The notes beneath the pieces are model-generated. The model made no database searches and was not told the origin of the DNA. It saw nothing but the letters and a program-made list of their open reading frames with translations. The position numbers were made by a program, and so were the translations under genes. A stretch of DNA of 64,000 nucleotides. It comes from Bradyrhizobium sp. Lineage in GTDB: Bacteria > Pseudomonadota > Alphaproteobacteria > Rhizobiales > Xanthobacteraceae. Below are positions 1 through 9,550 of this stretch, piece after piece (positions within the stretch are counted from its first letter, which is position 1; every line of letters starts with the position of its first letter). The stretch lies in contig NZ_DAIDJE010000175.1 of NCBI RefSeq assembly GCF_027451485.1, positions 1,032 to 65,031 of the forward strand. Direction: 5' to 3'.

Positions 1-1492
1 CCAGCGCCAAGGGCCCACCGACGGCCGATTCCGGCGTAATGTGCAGCACGATGGTGCCGAACGCCGTGCCACTCATCCGCGCATCCGATATCCGCACCAT
101 ATCCTTGACGCCGGCGCGCAGGAGTTTGGCTGGAATCGGAAGATAGCCCGCCTCGGGCATGCCGGGCGCGCCCTTGGGCCCGGCATTGCGCAGCACCAGC
201 ACGTCATCGGCAGAGACCTCCAGCGCGGGATCGTCCACGCGCTGCGTCATGTCTTCGACGGATTCGAACACGACCGCGCGGCCGGTGTGCTGCAACAGCT
301 TTGGCGTTGCAGCGGACTGCTTGATGACGGCGCCGCGCGGCGCGAGGTTGCCGTGCAGCACGGCCATCGAGCCCACGTTCTTGATCGGGTTGTCGCGCGA
401 ACGAATGACATCCTGACCCGGCACCTCCTCCGCGCGCGCAACCACCTGGCGCAAAGCCTCGCCGGTGATCGTTTTAGCATCCAGATCGATCAGGTTGCCG
501 AGTTGCGCCATCAATTTCGGCACGCCGCCGGCATGATGGAAATGTTCCATGTAATGCGCGCCGGAGGGCTTCAGGTCGATCAGGACCGGTACTTCGCGGC
601 CGAGCTTGTCAAAGGCTTCGAGGTCAATGCGGTGCGGGCTGCGGTTGGCGATCGCAGTCAGGTGAATGAGGCCGTTGGTCGATCCGCCGATCGCTTGCAG
701 TACGACCTGTGCGTTGCGGAAAGAAGATGCGGTCAGCAGTTCGCTCGGCTTCGGTCCCTTGGCCTTGGCCATTTCGGCGGCGACCTTGCCGCTCGCCTCC
801 GCCAGCCGGAAACGCTCGGCGTGGGGCGCGGGGATGGTTGCGCTCATCGGCAGTGATAGCCCCAGCGCTTCGGTGACGCAGGCCATGGTGCTGGCAGTGC
901 CCATCACCATGCAGGTACCGACCGACGGCGCGAGGCGGGCGTTGACCGCCTCGATCTCGGCGTCATCGATCTCGCCGGCGCGATGCTTGCCCCAGAGCCT
1001 CCGACAATCGGTACACGCGCCCAGCACTTCGCCGCGATGATGGCCGACCACCATCGGGCCGACCGGAATGACGACGGTCGGCAGGTCGGCCGAGACCGCT
1101 GCCATGATCTGCGCGGGCAGCGTCTTGTCGCAGCCGCCGATCACCACGACCGCATCCATCGGCTGGGCGCGGATCATCTCCTCGGTATCCATCGCCATCA
1201 GGTTGCGCAGATACATCGAGGTCGGGTGCGAAAAGCTTTCAGCGATCGAAATCGTCGGGAACACCATTGGCATCGCGCCGGACAGCATCACGCCGCGCTT
1301 CACCGCCTCGATGATCTGCGGCGCATTGCCGTGACAGGGATTGTAGTCGCTGTAGGTGTTGGTGATGCCGACGATCGGGCGGTTCAGCGCGTCGTCCGAA
1401 TACCCCATCGCCTTGATGAACACCTTGCGCAAAAACAGCGAAAACCCGGGATCCCCATAACTCGCCAATCCCTTGCGCAATCCGTCAGCCAT
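1..1492 (-). CDS. IlvD/Edd-family sugar-acid dehydratase (partial; C-terminus runs off the left window edge)
   Basis: Absent from the ORF track because no stop lies in the window. Reverse-complement read from ATG 1492-1490 gives MADGLRKGLASYGDPGF... 1120-1140 encodes VIGGCDKT, the Fe-S Cys motif of IlvD/Edd dehydratases. The + strand ORFs here are shadow frames. Confidence 0.8.
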   Translation of the reverse strand, partial: MADGLRKGLASYGDPGFSLFLRKVFIKAMGYSDDALNRPIVGITNTYSDYNPCHGNAPQIIEAVKRGVMLSGAMPMVFPTISIAESFSHPTSMYLRNLMAMDTEEMIRAQPMDAVVVIGGCDKTLPAQIMAAVSADLPTVVIPVGPMVVGHHRGEVLGACTDCRRLWGKHRAGEIDDAEIEAVNARLAPSVGTCMVMGTASTMACVTEALGLSLPMSATIPAPHAERFRLAEASGKVAAEMAKAKGPKPSELLTASSFRNAQVVLQAIGGSTNGLIHLTAIANRSPHRIDLEAFDKLGREVPVLIDLKPSGAHYMEHFHHAGGVPKLMAQLGNLIDLDAKTITGEALRQVVARAEEVPGQDVIRSRDNPIKNVGSMAVLHGNLAPRGAVIKQSAATPKLLQHTGRAVVFESVEDMTQRVDDPALEVSADDVLVLRNAGPKGAPGMPEAGYLPIPAKLLRAGVKDMVRISDARMSGTAFGTIVLHITPESAVGGPLAL

Positions 1493-1560
1493 TTTCTTGT
1501 TTCCTTTGTTGCTTTCTTGATGTCATTTCGAGCTGTGCCGAGCACAAGGCCAGACAAGGG

Positions 1561-2379
1561 TCACTTCAGGTCGATGACGCGGCTCCTGTCACCATCGAAC
1601 TCCATGCCGCAAAACGTGCCCCCCTGGTAGAAGTCTCCAACCGGATCGGGTTTCAGCTTGGCCTGCTCGGCAAAGGCATGTTCGCGATAATCTTCCGCCC
1701 GGCCAATCGGACGATAGCCCAGATCGTAGGCGCGGTGATTGTCCCACCACGAGCGTTCATTGTTGGAAGCGCCGTAAAAAATCTCGAAATGAATGTCGGG
1801 GTGTTCGAGCCCGATCCGGCAGAGTTGCACCAGGTCTTCCGGCTTGAGCCAGATCGAGAGCCTGCGATGATCGATCGGCTTGTCGCCAAAATTGCCGATG
1901 CGGATGCAGGTGACCCCGATACCGTGCTTGTCCGCATAGAGCGCGCCTATTGCCTCGCCGAACACCTTGCTGACGCCGTAGCGACTGTCCGGCCGCGGCG
2001 TCACGTCGGTGCCGATGCGGTGATAGCGTGGATAGAAGCCGACCGCGTGATTCGACGATGCAAACACGATGCGCTTGACGCCCTTCTTGTGCGCGGCTTC
2101 GAACAGGTTGTAGCAGCCGATGATGTTGGATTGCAGGATGGCGTCCCACGGGCCTTCGACGGAATAGCCGCCGAAATGTATGATGCCGTCGACGCCCTCG
2201 CAGATCGCTTCGACCTGCGCGAGATCGGCAAGGTCGGCGGCCGCGAACTTTTCGTCCTTGCCGAGATCGGCGGGCGCTTTCAGGTCGCTCAACAGCAGAT
2301 CCGGGTAGATCGGCGGTAGCAGCTTGCGCAAGCTCGTGCCGATTCCCCCCGCCGCGCCGGTCATCAATATCCGTGGCAT
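1561..2379 (-). CDS. udh: NAD-dependent SDR, uronate dehydrogenase (Udh)-like
   Basis: ORF 1561..2430 trimmed to ATG 2379 (MPRILMTGAAGGIG Rossmann motif, GAGGAA upstream). Collinear with remembered Agrobacterium Udh (FASSNH, YGVSK YxxxK, WWDN). Confidence 0.75.
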   Translation of the reverse strand: MPRILMTGAAGGIGTSLRKLLPPIYPDLLLSDLKAPADLGKDEKFAAADLADLAQVEAICEGVDGIIHFGGYSVEGPWDAILQSNIIGCYNLFEAAHKKGVKRIVFASSNHAVGFYPRYHRIGTDVTPRPDSRYGVSKVFGEAIGALYADKHGIGVTCIRIGNFGDKPIDHRRLSIWLKPEDLVQLCRIGLEHPDIHFEIFYGASNNERSWWDNHRAYDLGYRPIGRAEDYREHAFAEQAKLKPDPVGDFYQGGTFCGMEFDGDRSRVIDLK

Positions 2380-2510
2380 TTCATTCCTCGTTCTTGCATT
2401 CGTTGTTTGAGTATGGCGCGGGGCGCGCATCGCGGCAAGGTTGCCGCCGGAACTTGCCGATGCTAGCAGATGACCACGGCGAGGAAATCACACAGCAACG
2501 AGAACACTAA

Positions 2511-3476
2511 ATGTCCGACAATCCCGCACGCTCCGGCTTTCAGCCGGCGACACAATACCCCGACCCCTGCATTCACGCGCTTGATCCGCGCTTCGAAAAA
2601 TATTGGCTGAAACTGTCTGCAGTGGAACGGCTCGCGACCGGCCTGCGCTGGGCCGAGGGACCCGTATGGTTCGGTGACGGCCGTTATCTCTTATGCAGCG
2701 ACATCCCCAATCAGCGCATCATCAAATGGGAAGAGGAAACCGGCGCGATCAGCGTCTATCGCAAGCCGTCGAATTTCGCCAACGGCAACACGCGTGACCG
2801 CCAGGGACGCCTCGTCACCTGCGAGCATGGCGGGCGGCGCGTGGTCCGGACCGAATATGACGGCTCTATTACGGTGCTGATCGATTCGTTCGACGGCAAG
2901 AAGCTGAACTCGCCGAACGACGTCGTCGTCAAATCCGACGGATCGGTCTGGTTCACCGACCCGACCTTTGGACTCCTGGGCAATTACGAGGGATATGTCG
3001 CAGAGTCGGAGATTGATGCCAACGTCTACCGGATCGACGGCAAAACCGGCAAAGCCACCATCGTTGCCGAAGGCGTTCTGGGGCCGAACGGACTTTGCTT
3101 CTCGCCGGACGAGAAGATCCTTTACATCGTCGAATCCCGTGGCGTACCGAACCGCAAGATCCTTGCCTACGACGTTTCGCCTTCCGGCGACAGGATCAGC
3201 AACAAGCGCGTGCTGATCGACGCCGGGCCCGGCACGCCCGACGGCATGCGCTGCGACATCGACGGCAATCTCTGGTGCGGCTGGGGCATGGGCAATGCCG
3301 AGCTCGACGGCGTGATGGTCTTTGCGCCCGACGGCAAACCGATCGGCCGCGTCGCGCTGCCTGAACGTTGCGCCAATGTCTGCTTCGGCGGCTTGAAGCG
3401 CAACCGCCTGTTCATGGCGGCGAGCCAGTCGATCTACGCGCTCTATGTGAACACCCAAGGCGCGTTTGGGGGGTGA
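2511..3476 (+). CDS. SMP-30/gluconolactonase/LRE-family lactonase
   Basis: 321-aa ORF with ATG 2511. Beta-propeller lactonase signatures EGPVW, NSPNDVVV, PDGMRCD, NVCFGG. Divergent from the udh-like gene. Confidence 0.85.
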   Translation: MSDNPARSGFQPATQYPDPCIHALDPRFEKYWLKLSAVERLATGLRWAEGPVWFGDGRYLLCSDIPNQRIIKWEEETGAISVYRKPSNFANGNTRDRQGRLVTCEHGGRRVVRTEYDGSITVLIDSFDGKKLNSPNDVVVKSDGSVWFTDPTFGLLGNYEGYVAESEIDANVYRIDGKTGKATIVAEGVLGPNGLCFSPDEKILYIVESRGVPNRKILAYDVSPSGDRISNKRVLIDAGPGTPDGMRCDIDGNLWCGWGMGNAELDGVMVFAPDGKPIGRVALPERCANVCFGGLKRNRLFMAASQSIYALYVNTQGAFGG

Positions 3477-3575
3477 TCATTGAAATTGCAGCGAGACAGA
3501 GGCGCGTTGCGCGTTGCCCACCGTTCCACCGGGTAGCCCCGCTTCGCTTTGCCTGCCTGCACGCAAAAACAAAGC

Positions 3576-3606
3576 CGCCGGAGCGGAAGCCGCCCCGGCG
3601 TTTTTT
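3576..3606 (+). terminator. Rho-independent terminator after the lactonase gene
   Basis: CGCCGG (3576-3581) pairs with CCGGCG (3595-3600). An inner CGG/CCG extension follows, then TTTTTT at 3601-3606. Confidence 0.6.
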
Positions 3607-3643
3607 CTCTGAAATGCTGGTCACTGCGAGAAATCGTAAGCGC

Positions 3644-3681
3644 CGAAGCAATCGAGCACTTCCTTCGTCTGGATTGCTTCG
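3644..3681. repeat. REP-like palindrome (CGAAGCAATC ... GATTGCTTCG)
   Basis: 10-nt perfect inverted arms at 3644-3653 and 3672-3681. The GGATTGCTTCGCTC...GCAACGACG pattern is one I recognise as a common Bradyrhizobium/Rhodopseudomonas intergenic repeat. Confidence 0.6.
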
Positions 3682-3706
3682 CTCCGCCCGCAACGACGAT
3701 TCGTGA

Positions 3707-5137
3707 TCACGCCGCGTTGAAACCGGCGATCGCCTTCGCTTCGAGATATTCCTCAAGGCCGAACTTGCCCCACTCACGGCCGTTGCCGGACTGCTTGTAG
3801 CCGCCGAATGGTGCGGTGCGCTCGTTCGGCACGCCTTGCAGATTGACGTTGCCGGCGCGGATGCGGCGGCCGACCCGTCGAGCGCTTTCCACGGTATCGC
3901 CAAAGACATAGCCGGCAAGACCATAGGGCGTGTCGTTGGCGATGCGGACCGCGTCTTCCTCATCCTTGGCGCCGAGGATGGTGAGCACCGGCCCGAAGAT
4001 CTCTTCGCGCGCGATCGTCATGTCATTAGTGACATCGGCGAAGATGGTCGGACGGACATAGAAGCCCTTGTTGACGCCTTCCGGCAGACCGGGACCTCCG
4101 GCAACCAGCGTTGCGCCTTCCTCGATGCCCTTGTTGATCAAGGCCTGGATCTTGTCCCACTGCACCCGATTGACGACCGGGCCGATGGTGGTTCCCTCGG
4201 CGCGGGGGTCGCCGGCCTTGGTCTTCTCGGCCACGCCTTTGGCGATGGCCGCCACTTCCTTCATCTTCGACAACGGCACGATCATCCGGCTCGGCGCGTT
4301 GCACGACTGGCCGGAATTGTTGAACATGTGCATCACGCCGCCGGTGACCGCCTTCTTGAGATCGGCGCCTTCCAGGATGACGTTCGGCGACTTGCCGCCG
4401 AGTTCCTGGCTGACGCGCTTGACGGTGGGTGCGGCACGCTTCGCTACGTCGATGCCGGCGCGCGTCGAGCCGGTGAACGAGATCATGTCGATGTCCGGAT
4501 GCTCGCTCATGGCGGCGCCGACCTCGGGCCCGAGGCCGTTGATCAGGTTGAACACGCCCTTGGGCACGCCGGCTTCATGGAGGATTTCAGCGAAGATCAG
4601 CGCGGAGGTCGGGGTGAATTCCGATGGCTTGAGGATCATGGTACAGCCGGCGGCGAGCGCGGGCGCGACCTTGCATGCGATCTGGTTCAGCGGCCAGTTC
4701 CAGGGCGTGATCATGCCGACCACGCCGACGGGCTCGCGTACCACCACCGCGCTGCCGACCGGTTCCTCGAAATGATAGTTCTTCAGCACTTCGAGCGTCG
4801 AAGCGAGATGTCCGAGGCCCGCGCCGGCTTGCAGCCGCTCGGCCATCGGCAACGGGGCGCCCATCTCGTCAGAGACCGCAGCGCCAATCTCCTTCATGCG
4901 GCCCTTGTAGATGCCGATGATCTTCTCCAGCAGCGCGATGCGCTCCTCCCGGCTGGTCTGCGAATAGGTTTCGAAGGCACGCCTGGCGGCGGCGACCGCC
5001 TTGTCGACGTCGGCCTTGGAGCCGAGGGCAACCTCATACATCGCCTCTTCGGTCGCCGGATTGACGACAGGCGTGGACTTCTTGACGACCGGATCGACCC
5101 AGGCGCCATCGATATAAAATTGCATGCGGTTGACCAT
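3707..5137 (-). CDS. NAD(P)-dependent aldehyde dehydrogenase (possible 2-oxoglutarate semialdehyde dehydrogenase)
   Basis: ORF 3707..5341 trimmed to ATG 5137 (MVNRMQFYIDGAWVDP). ALDH motifs ELGGKSP, NSGQSCNAP (catalytic Cys), EEIFGPV. Confidence 0.85.
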   Translation of the reverse strand: MVNRMQFYIDGAWVDPVVKKSTPVVNPATEEAMYEVALGSKADVDKAVAAARRAFETYSQTSREERIALLEKIIGIYKGRMKEIGAAVSDEMGAPLPMAERLQAGAGLGHLASTLEVLKNYHFEEPVGSAVVVREPVGVVGMITPWNWPLNQIACKVAPALAAGCTMILKPSEFTPTSALIFAEILHEAGVPKGVFNLINGLGPEVGAAMSEHPDIDMISFTGSTRAGIDVAKRAAPTVKRVSQELGGKSPNVILEGADLKKAVTGGVMHMFNNSGQSCNAPSRMIVPLSKMKEVAAIAKGVAEKTKAGDPRAEGTTIGPVVNRVQWDKIQALINKGIEEGATLVAGGPGLPEGVNKGFYVRPTIFADVTNDMTIAREEIFGPVLTILGAKDEEDAVRIANDTPYGLAGYVFGDTVESARRVGRRIRAGNVNLQGVPNERTAPFGGYKQSGNGREWGKFGLEEYLEAKAIAGFNAA

Positions 5138-5422
5138 GGAAACCTCTTGATTTCGCAGAGAGAAAGAACAGGCGTTCGGCAAGCATCCTTGCACGAACCC
5201 TGCCAAAATTGAACCCGCCATATGCAGGGCGCCGCGCGACGGCAGATGTCTGATATAAGGTCGGGGCGAAGCCCATCGCAAGACTCTATGACGCGGAGGC
5301 AAGCTTCGCGTCATTGTCATGCGGCGATGCGTCGGGGACACGAACTATCTCGCGGGGCGCTTCTGCCGGTAATCTGGATGCTGCGCGAGCGGCGGAAGGC
5401 TGCGCTGCTGGTCTAACACAGA

Positions 5423-7789
5423 TCAAACGGCCAATTTGCGGTGACGTACCGGCGCGCCCGAGGTAAGGCTTTCTGCCGCATCAATAATGGCGTTCGCATC
5501 GATGCCGTAATGGCGATAGAGGTCGCTGATCGTGCCGGTCTGGCCGAACTGCTCGACGCCGAGCGCCTCCACGCGATGACCGCGCACGCCGCCGAGCCAG
5601 CCGAGCGCCGATGGATGCCCGTCGATCACGGTCACAAGCCCGCAATCACGCGGCAACGGTGACAGCAGCTTTTCAATATGGGAGAGATGCGACGTGCCGC
5701 GGCGATCCCGGCGCAGGCGGCGCGCGGCCGTCCATCCCGCATGCAGCCGATCGGCCGAGGTGATGGCGAGCAGGCCGATATCGCGGCGGTTTTCGCCGAG
5801 AAGCCCGACCGCCTCGATCGCTTCCGGCGCGACCGCGCCGGTATAGGCGACGACGACTTCCGCATTCGGTCCCGGCTTGCGCAGCCAGTAAGCGCCTTCG
5901 GTGATCCCGGCCTCGAGCTCCGGCGACATGATCCGCTGCGGCTGGTCTATGCTGCGGGTTGTGAGGCGCAAGTACACCGAACCGCCCTCGCCGCCTTCGC
6001 GCTGCATGTGCCGGAAACCCCACCCCATGATGACGGCGAGTTCGTCGACAAAGGCCGGCTCAAAAGACGCCAGACCGTCCTGCGCCATCCCGATCAGGGG
6101 CGTCGCGATCGACTGATGCGCACCGCCTTCCGGCGCCAGCGTGATGCCCGAGGGCGTCGCCGCAACCATGAAACGCGCGTCCTGGTAGCAGGCATAGTTG
6201 AGTGCATCGAGGCCGCGCTCGATGAAGGGGTCATAGAGCGTTACGACCGGGAGCAGCCGTTCGCCGTGGATCGAATGCGACAGCCCGAGGGCCGATGCGA
6301 GAATAAAGAGATTCATCTCGGCGATGCCGAGCTCGATGTGCTGCCCCTTGGGCGAAGCGTCCCAATTGAAGGTCGACGGGATCTTTTCGCTGCGGAACAG
6401 GTCGGCTTTCTCGGCGCGCGCGAACAGACCGCGCCGGTTGACCCAGGCACCGAGATTGGTCGACACCGTAACGTCCGGAGAGGCCGTGACGATGCGCTCG
6501 GCGAGCGCGCTGTCGCCACGCGCGAGTTCGTTCAACAACAGCCCAAATCCCTGCTGGGTGGACATATGCGCTGAGGGCGAAAATGTAAGCCGCTCCGCAA
6601 CATCGATCACCGGCGCACTGAGCCGGCGCCGGCCCTCGCCGTTGAACGGAACGGACGATAGAAACGCCTCGAGTTCGGATGGCGTTTGCGGCAGGCCCTC
6701 GAACCTGTCCCACTCATGACCGGGGCGGATATTCTGCGCGGTGCGCCACTTCTCCATCTGCGCCACCGTCATCAGGCCGGCGTGGTTGTCCTTGTGGCCC
6801 TGGAACGGAAGGCCAACGCCCTTGATGGTGTAGGCGATGAAGCAGACGGGCCGATCGTGATCTATCGATTCGAACGCTTCCAGCATGCTGGCCATGTCGT
6901 GGCCGCCGAGATTGGACATCAGTGCGAGCAACTCCTCGTCACTGCGTTTGTCGATCAGTTGCGTCACCGCGCCCTGATCGCCAATCTCGTCACGCAAATG
7001 CTTGCGGAACGCCGCCCCGCCCTGGAAGCACAGCGCCGAATAAAGCTGGTTCGGACATTGATCGATCCATTTGCGCAACGCCTCGCCGCCGGGCTCGGCG
7101 AACGCCTCGCGCATCAGGCTGCCGTATTTCACGATCACCACGTCCCAGCCGAAGTTACGGAACATGGATTCGAATTTTTCCCACAACCCTTCGCGCACCA
7201 CGGCGTCCAGACTCTGGCGGTTGTAGTCGACCACCCACCAGGTGTTGCGCAGGCCGTGTTTCCATCCCTCCAACAGCGCCTCGAAGATGTTGCCCTCGTC
7301 CATCTCGGCGTCGCCGACCAATGCGATCATCCGTCCTTCGGGGCGATCCTTGGCCCAGCCATGCGCCTTGACGTAATCCTGCACCAGCGATGCGAACAAC
7401 GTCTGCGCGACGCCAAGGCCAACCGAGCCGGTCGAAAAGTCGACATCGTCAACGTCCTTGGTGCGCGACGGATAGGACTGCGCGCCCTTGAAGCCGCGGA
7501 AGTTTTCCAGCTTCTCGCGGCTCTGGTGTCCGAACAGGTACTGGATCGCGTGAAACACCGGGCTCGCATGCGGCTTGACCGCGACGCGGTCCTGCGGCCG
7601 CAGCACCGAGAAATACAGCGCCGACATGATGGTAGCGAGTGAAGCCGAGGACGCCTGATGGCCGCCGACCTTCAAGCCATCGACATTGGGCCTGACGTGG
7701 TTGGCGTGGTGGATGGTCCACGACGACAGCCACAGGACTTTGCGCGTCAGCGCGTTCAAGATGTCAAGGCGTGCGGGTTCAGTCGGCAT
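5423..7789 (-). CDS. AceE-type (homodimeric) thiamine-diphosphate 2-oxoacid dehydrogenase E1-like protein, N-terminally short
   Basis: 788 aa. VGGHQASSASLATI and GDAEMDEGN (TPP GDG motif) align with remembered E. coli AceE GGHMASFQSSATI / GDGEMDE. GGGAG SD lies upstream of ATG 7789. Confidence 0.75.
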   Translation of the reverse strand: MPTEPARLDILNALTRKVLWLSSWTIHHANHVRPNVDGLKVGGHQASSASLATIMSALYFSVLRPQDRVAVKPHASPVFHAIQYLFGHQSREKLENFRGFKGAQSYPSRTKDVDDVDFSTGSVGLGVAQTLFASLVQDYVKAHGWAKDRPEGRMIALVGDAEMDEGNIFEALLEGWKHGLRNTWWVVDYNRQSLDAVVREGLWEKFESMFRNFGWDVVIVKYGSLMREAFAEPGGEALRKWIDQCPNQLYSALCFQGGAAFRKHLRDEIGDQGAVTQLIDKRSDEELLALMSNLGGHDMASMLEAFESIDHDRPVCFIAYTIKGVGLPFQGHKDNHAGLMTVAQMEKWRTAQNIRPGHEWDRFEGLPQTPSELEAFLSSVPFNGEGRRRLSAPVIDVAERLTFSPSAHMSTQQGFGLLLNELARGDSALAERIVTASPDVTVSTNLGAWVNRRGLFARAEKADLFRSEKIPSTFNWDASPKGQHIELGIAEMNLFILASALGLSHSIHGERLLPVVTLYDPFIERGLDALNYACYQDARFMVAATPSGITLAPEGGAHQSIATPLIGMAQDGLASFEPAFVDELAVIMGWGFRHMQREGGEGGSVYLRLTTRSIDQPQRIMSPELEAGITEGAYWLRKPGPNAEVVVAYTGAVAPEAIEAVGLLGENRRDIGLLAITSADRLHAGWTAARRLRRDRRGTSHLSHIEKLLSPLPRDCGLVTVIDGHPSALGWLGGVRGHRVEALGVEQFGQTGTISDLYRHYGIDANAIIDAAESLTSGAPVRHRKLAV

Positions 7790-7938
7790 GGCGAGCTCCC
7801 AGCCTCAGGGCCTTTTGGCTGTTGATTACCGCAATGTTACCGCGAGCGCGCCTGGCAAAAATCTCAAATCTTGGCGACGTGAGCCGATGTTTTGGGATAT
7901 TTTACCAATCCATCCCCTTCTATAAATGGTTCATCCCA

Positions 7939-8400
7939 ATGTCTACGCTTGACGCCATCGACCGCAAGATTCTCGGCCTTCTGCAATCCGATGGCCGCAT
8001 CACCATGGCCGAACTCGCAGAGAAGGTCGGGCTTTCGGTTTCGCCCTGCCACCGCCGCGTGAAGCTGCTGGAGGAGCGCGGCGTCATCACGCGCTATATC
8101 GCCTCCGTCGACCAGAAGTCAGTAGGCCTGCATGTCAGCGTCTTCATTTCGATCAAGCTCGCACGGCAGAAGGAAGAAGACCTCAACCGGTTCGCGCGGG
8201 CGATCTCGAAATGGGACGAGGTGCTGGAGTGCTATCTGATGACCGGCAACCGCGACTATCTGCTGCGGGTCGTCGCCGCCGATCTCTCGTCCTATGAGGC
8301 GTTCCTGAAGAACAAGCTGACACGGCTCGACGGCATCGCCTCGATCGAATCGAGTTTTGCGCTGAGCCAGGTGAAATACTCGGTCGCGCTGCCGGTGTGA
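7939..8400 (+). CDS. lrp: Lrp/AsnC-family transcriptional regulator
   Basis: ORF 7771..8400 trimmed to ATG 7939 (MSTLDAIDRKILGLLQSDGRITMAELAEKVGLSVSPCHRRVKLLEERGVI, then a RAM/AsnC_trans_reg domain). Divergent from the E1-like gene. Confidence 0.85.
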   Translation: MSTLDAIDRKILGLLQSDGRITMAELAEKVGLSVSPCHRRVKLLEERGVITRYIASVDQKSVGLHVSVFISIKLARQKEEDLNRFARAISKWDEVLECYLMTGNRDYLLRVVAADLSSYEAFLKNKLTRLDGIASIESSFALSQVKYSVALPV

Positions 8401-8418
8401 TGGCAGCCGTCGTCGAGA

Positions 8419-9291
8419 TCAGGGGTTCGGCGACCGCGCCGCCGCAAGCGCGGCAAGCTGGGAATGCCTGACTCGTTCGCGGTATGCCGTATAGACACCG
8501 CTGGACACGATGACGGCGGCGCCCGTGATGGTCCAGGCGTCGGGAACTTCACCGAAGATCACAAAGCCGAGCAGCGTGACCCAGAGCAGCTGGACGTAGG
8601 AAAACGGCGCCAGCACGGAAGCATCGGCGTAGCGAAACGCCAGCACCACGATCCACTGCCCGGCGGTCGATGCCACGCCGACGATGGTTCCGAACAGAAT
8701 GTCGTGCCAGGTCGGTGTCACCCAGACCGTCGGAACCATTACGCAGAGGATGGCAAAGCCGACGATGGACGAATAGGTCATCGTAACCATCGCGCGTTCC
8801 TGTCCGCTCATCATGCGCGTCATGATCAGGCAGGAAGCCCAGGCGAATGCGGAGGCCACGGGAAAGAACGCGGCGGCATGAAACGCGCTGGTTCCCGGGC
8901 GCAGCACGATCAGCACGCCCACCAGCCCTCCCGCCGTGGCCAGCCAGCGACGCAGGCCGACATTCTCGCCAAGGAAAGCGATCGACAGCGCGGTCACGAA
9001 CAGGGGGGAGACGAAACTGGTGGCGGACGCTTCCGCGATCGGGAGAAACCGCAACCCGGAAATAAACAGCAGCGACGAGGCGAGCAGTGCTATCGCACGT
9101 ACGACCTGCAGCATTGGACGCCGGGTTCGCAGCGCAAAGAGCGGCGAGACTGGCATCATCGCGGGAAGCATGATCAGCGCGAAGATCAGAAACCTGATCC
9201 AGGCGATCTCGACGGCTGGCAGGGTCTTCGAAAGATATTTCGACGTTGCGTCCGATGTGCCGAGAAAGATGGTCGAGGCAACGAGCAGCAT
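8419..9291 (-). CDS. DMT-superfamily (EamA-type) transporter
   Basis: ORF 8419..9651 has an R/P-rich, non-membrane 120-aa extension. Trimmed to Met at 9291 (MLLVASTIFLGTSDA...), followed by about 10 hydrophobic segments in two EamA-like halves. The start is uncertain (a GTG slightly upstream is possible). Confidence 0.7.
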   Translation of the reverse strand: MLLVASTIFLGTSDATSKYLSKTLPAVEIAWIRFLIFALIMLPAMMPVSPLFALRTRRPMLQVVRAIALLASSLLFISGLRFLPIAEASATSFVSPLFVTALSIAFLGENVGLRRWLATAGGLVGVLIVLRPGTSAFHAAAFFPVASAFAWASCLIMTRMMSGQERAMVTMTYSSIVGFAILCVMVPTVWVTPTWHDILFGTIVGVASTAGQWIVVLAFRYADASVLAPFSYVQLLWVTLLGFVIFGEVPDAWTITGAAVIVSSGVYTAYRERVRHSQLAALAAARSPNP

Positions 9292-9550
9292 AATCCCGCG
9301 CAGCGGCCGGTCATGCCGCGACGGAACCGAGGGAACCGGCTCGTTCTCCGGCCGGCGCCGCTCACGCTCAGGCGATGTCGCGCGGTCCAGCCTTGCAGCA
9401 GTTGCGGAAGGTGTCACGTTTTGAACTCGAGGCCGAACCAGGCGAATCGGGCGAACCCACCAAAGAGCCCGATCACGCCGCGGCGACAAGGCCCGAAAAC
9501 AGGAAGCGGATATGCGGCGTGCGTCGGGGCGGCGCTTCCACTGCGGGCCC

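Noticed and set aside
41-1630. + strand ORFs 41..856, 666..1040, 983..1630
   Set aside because: They overlap the minus-strand IlvD/Edd dehydratase, whose translation carries the GGCDK motif and a family-typical N-terminus. The + frames are low-complexity.
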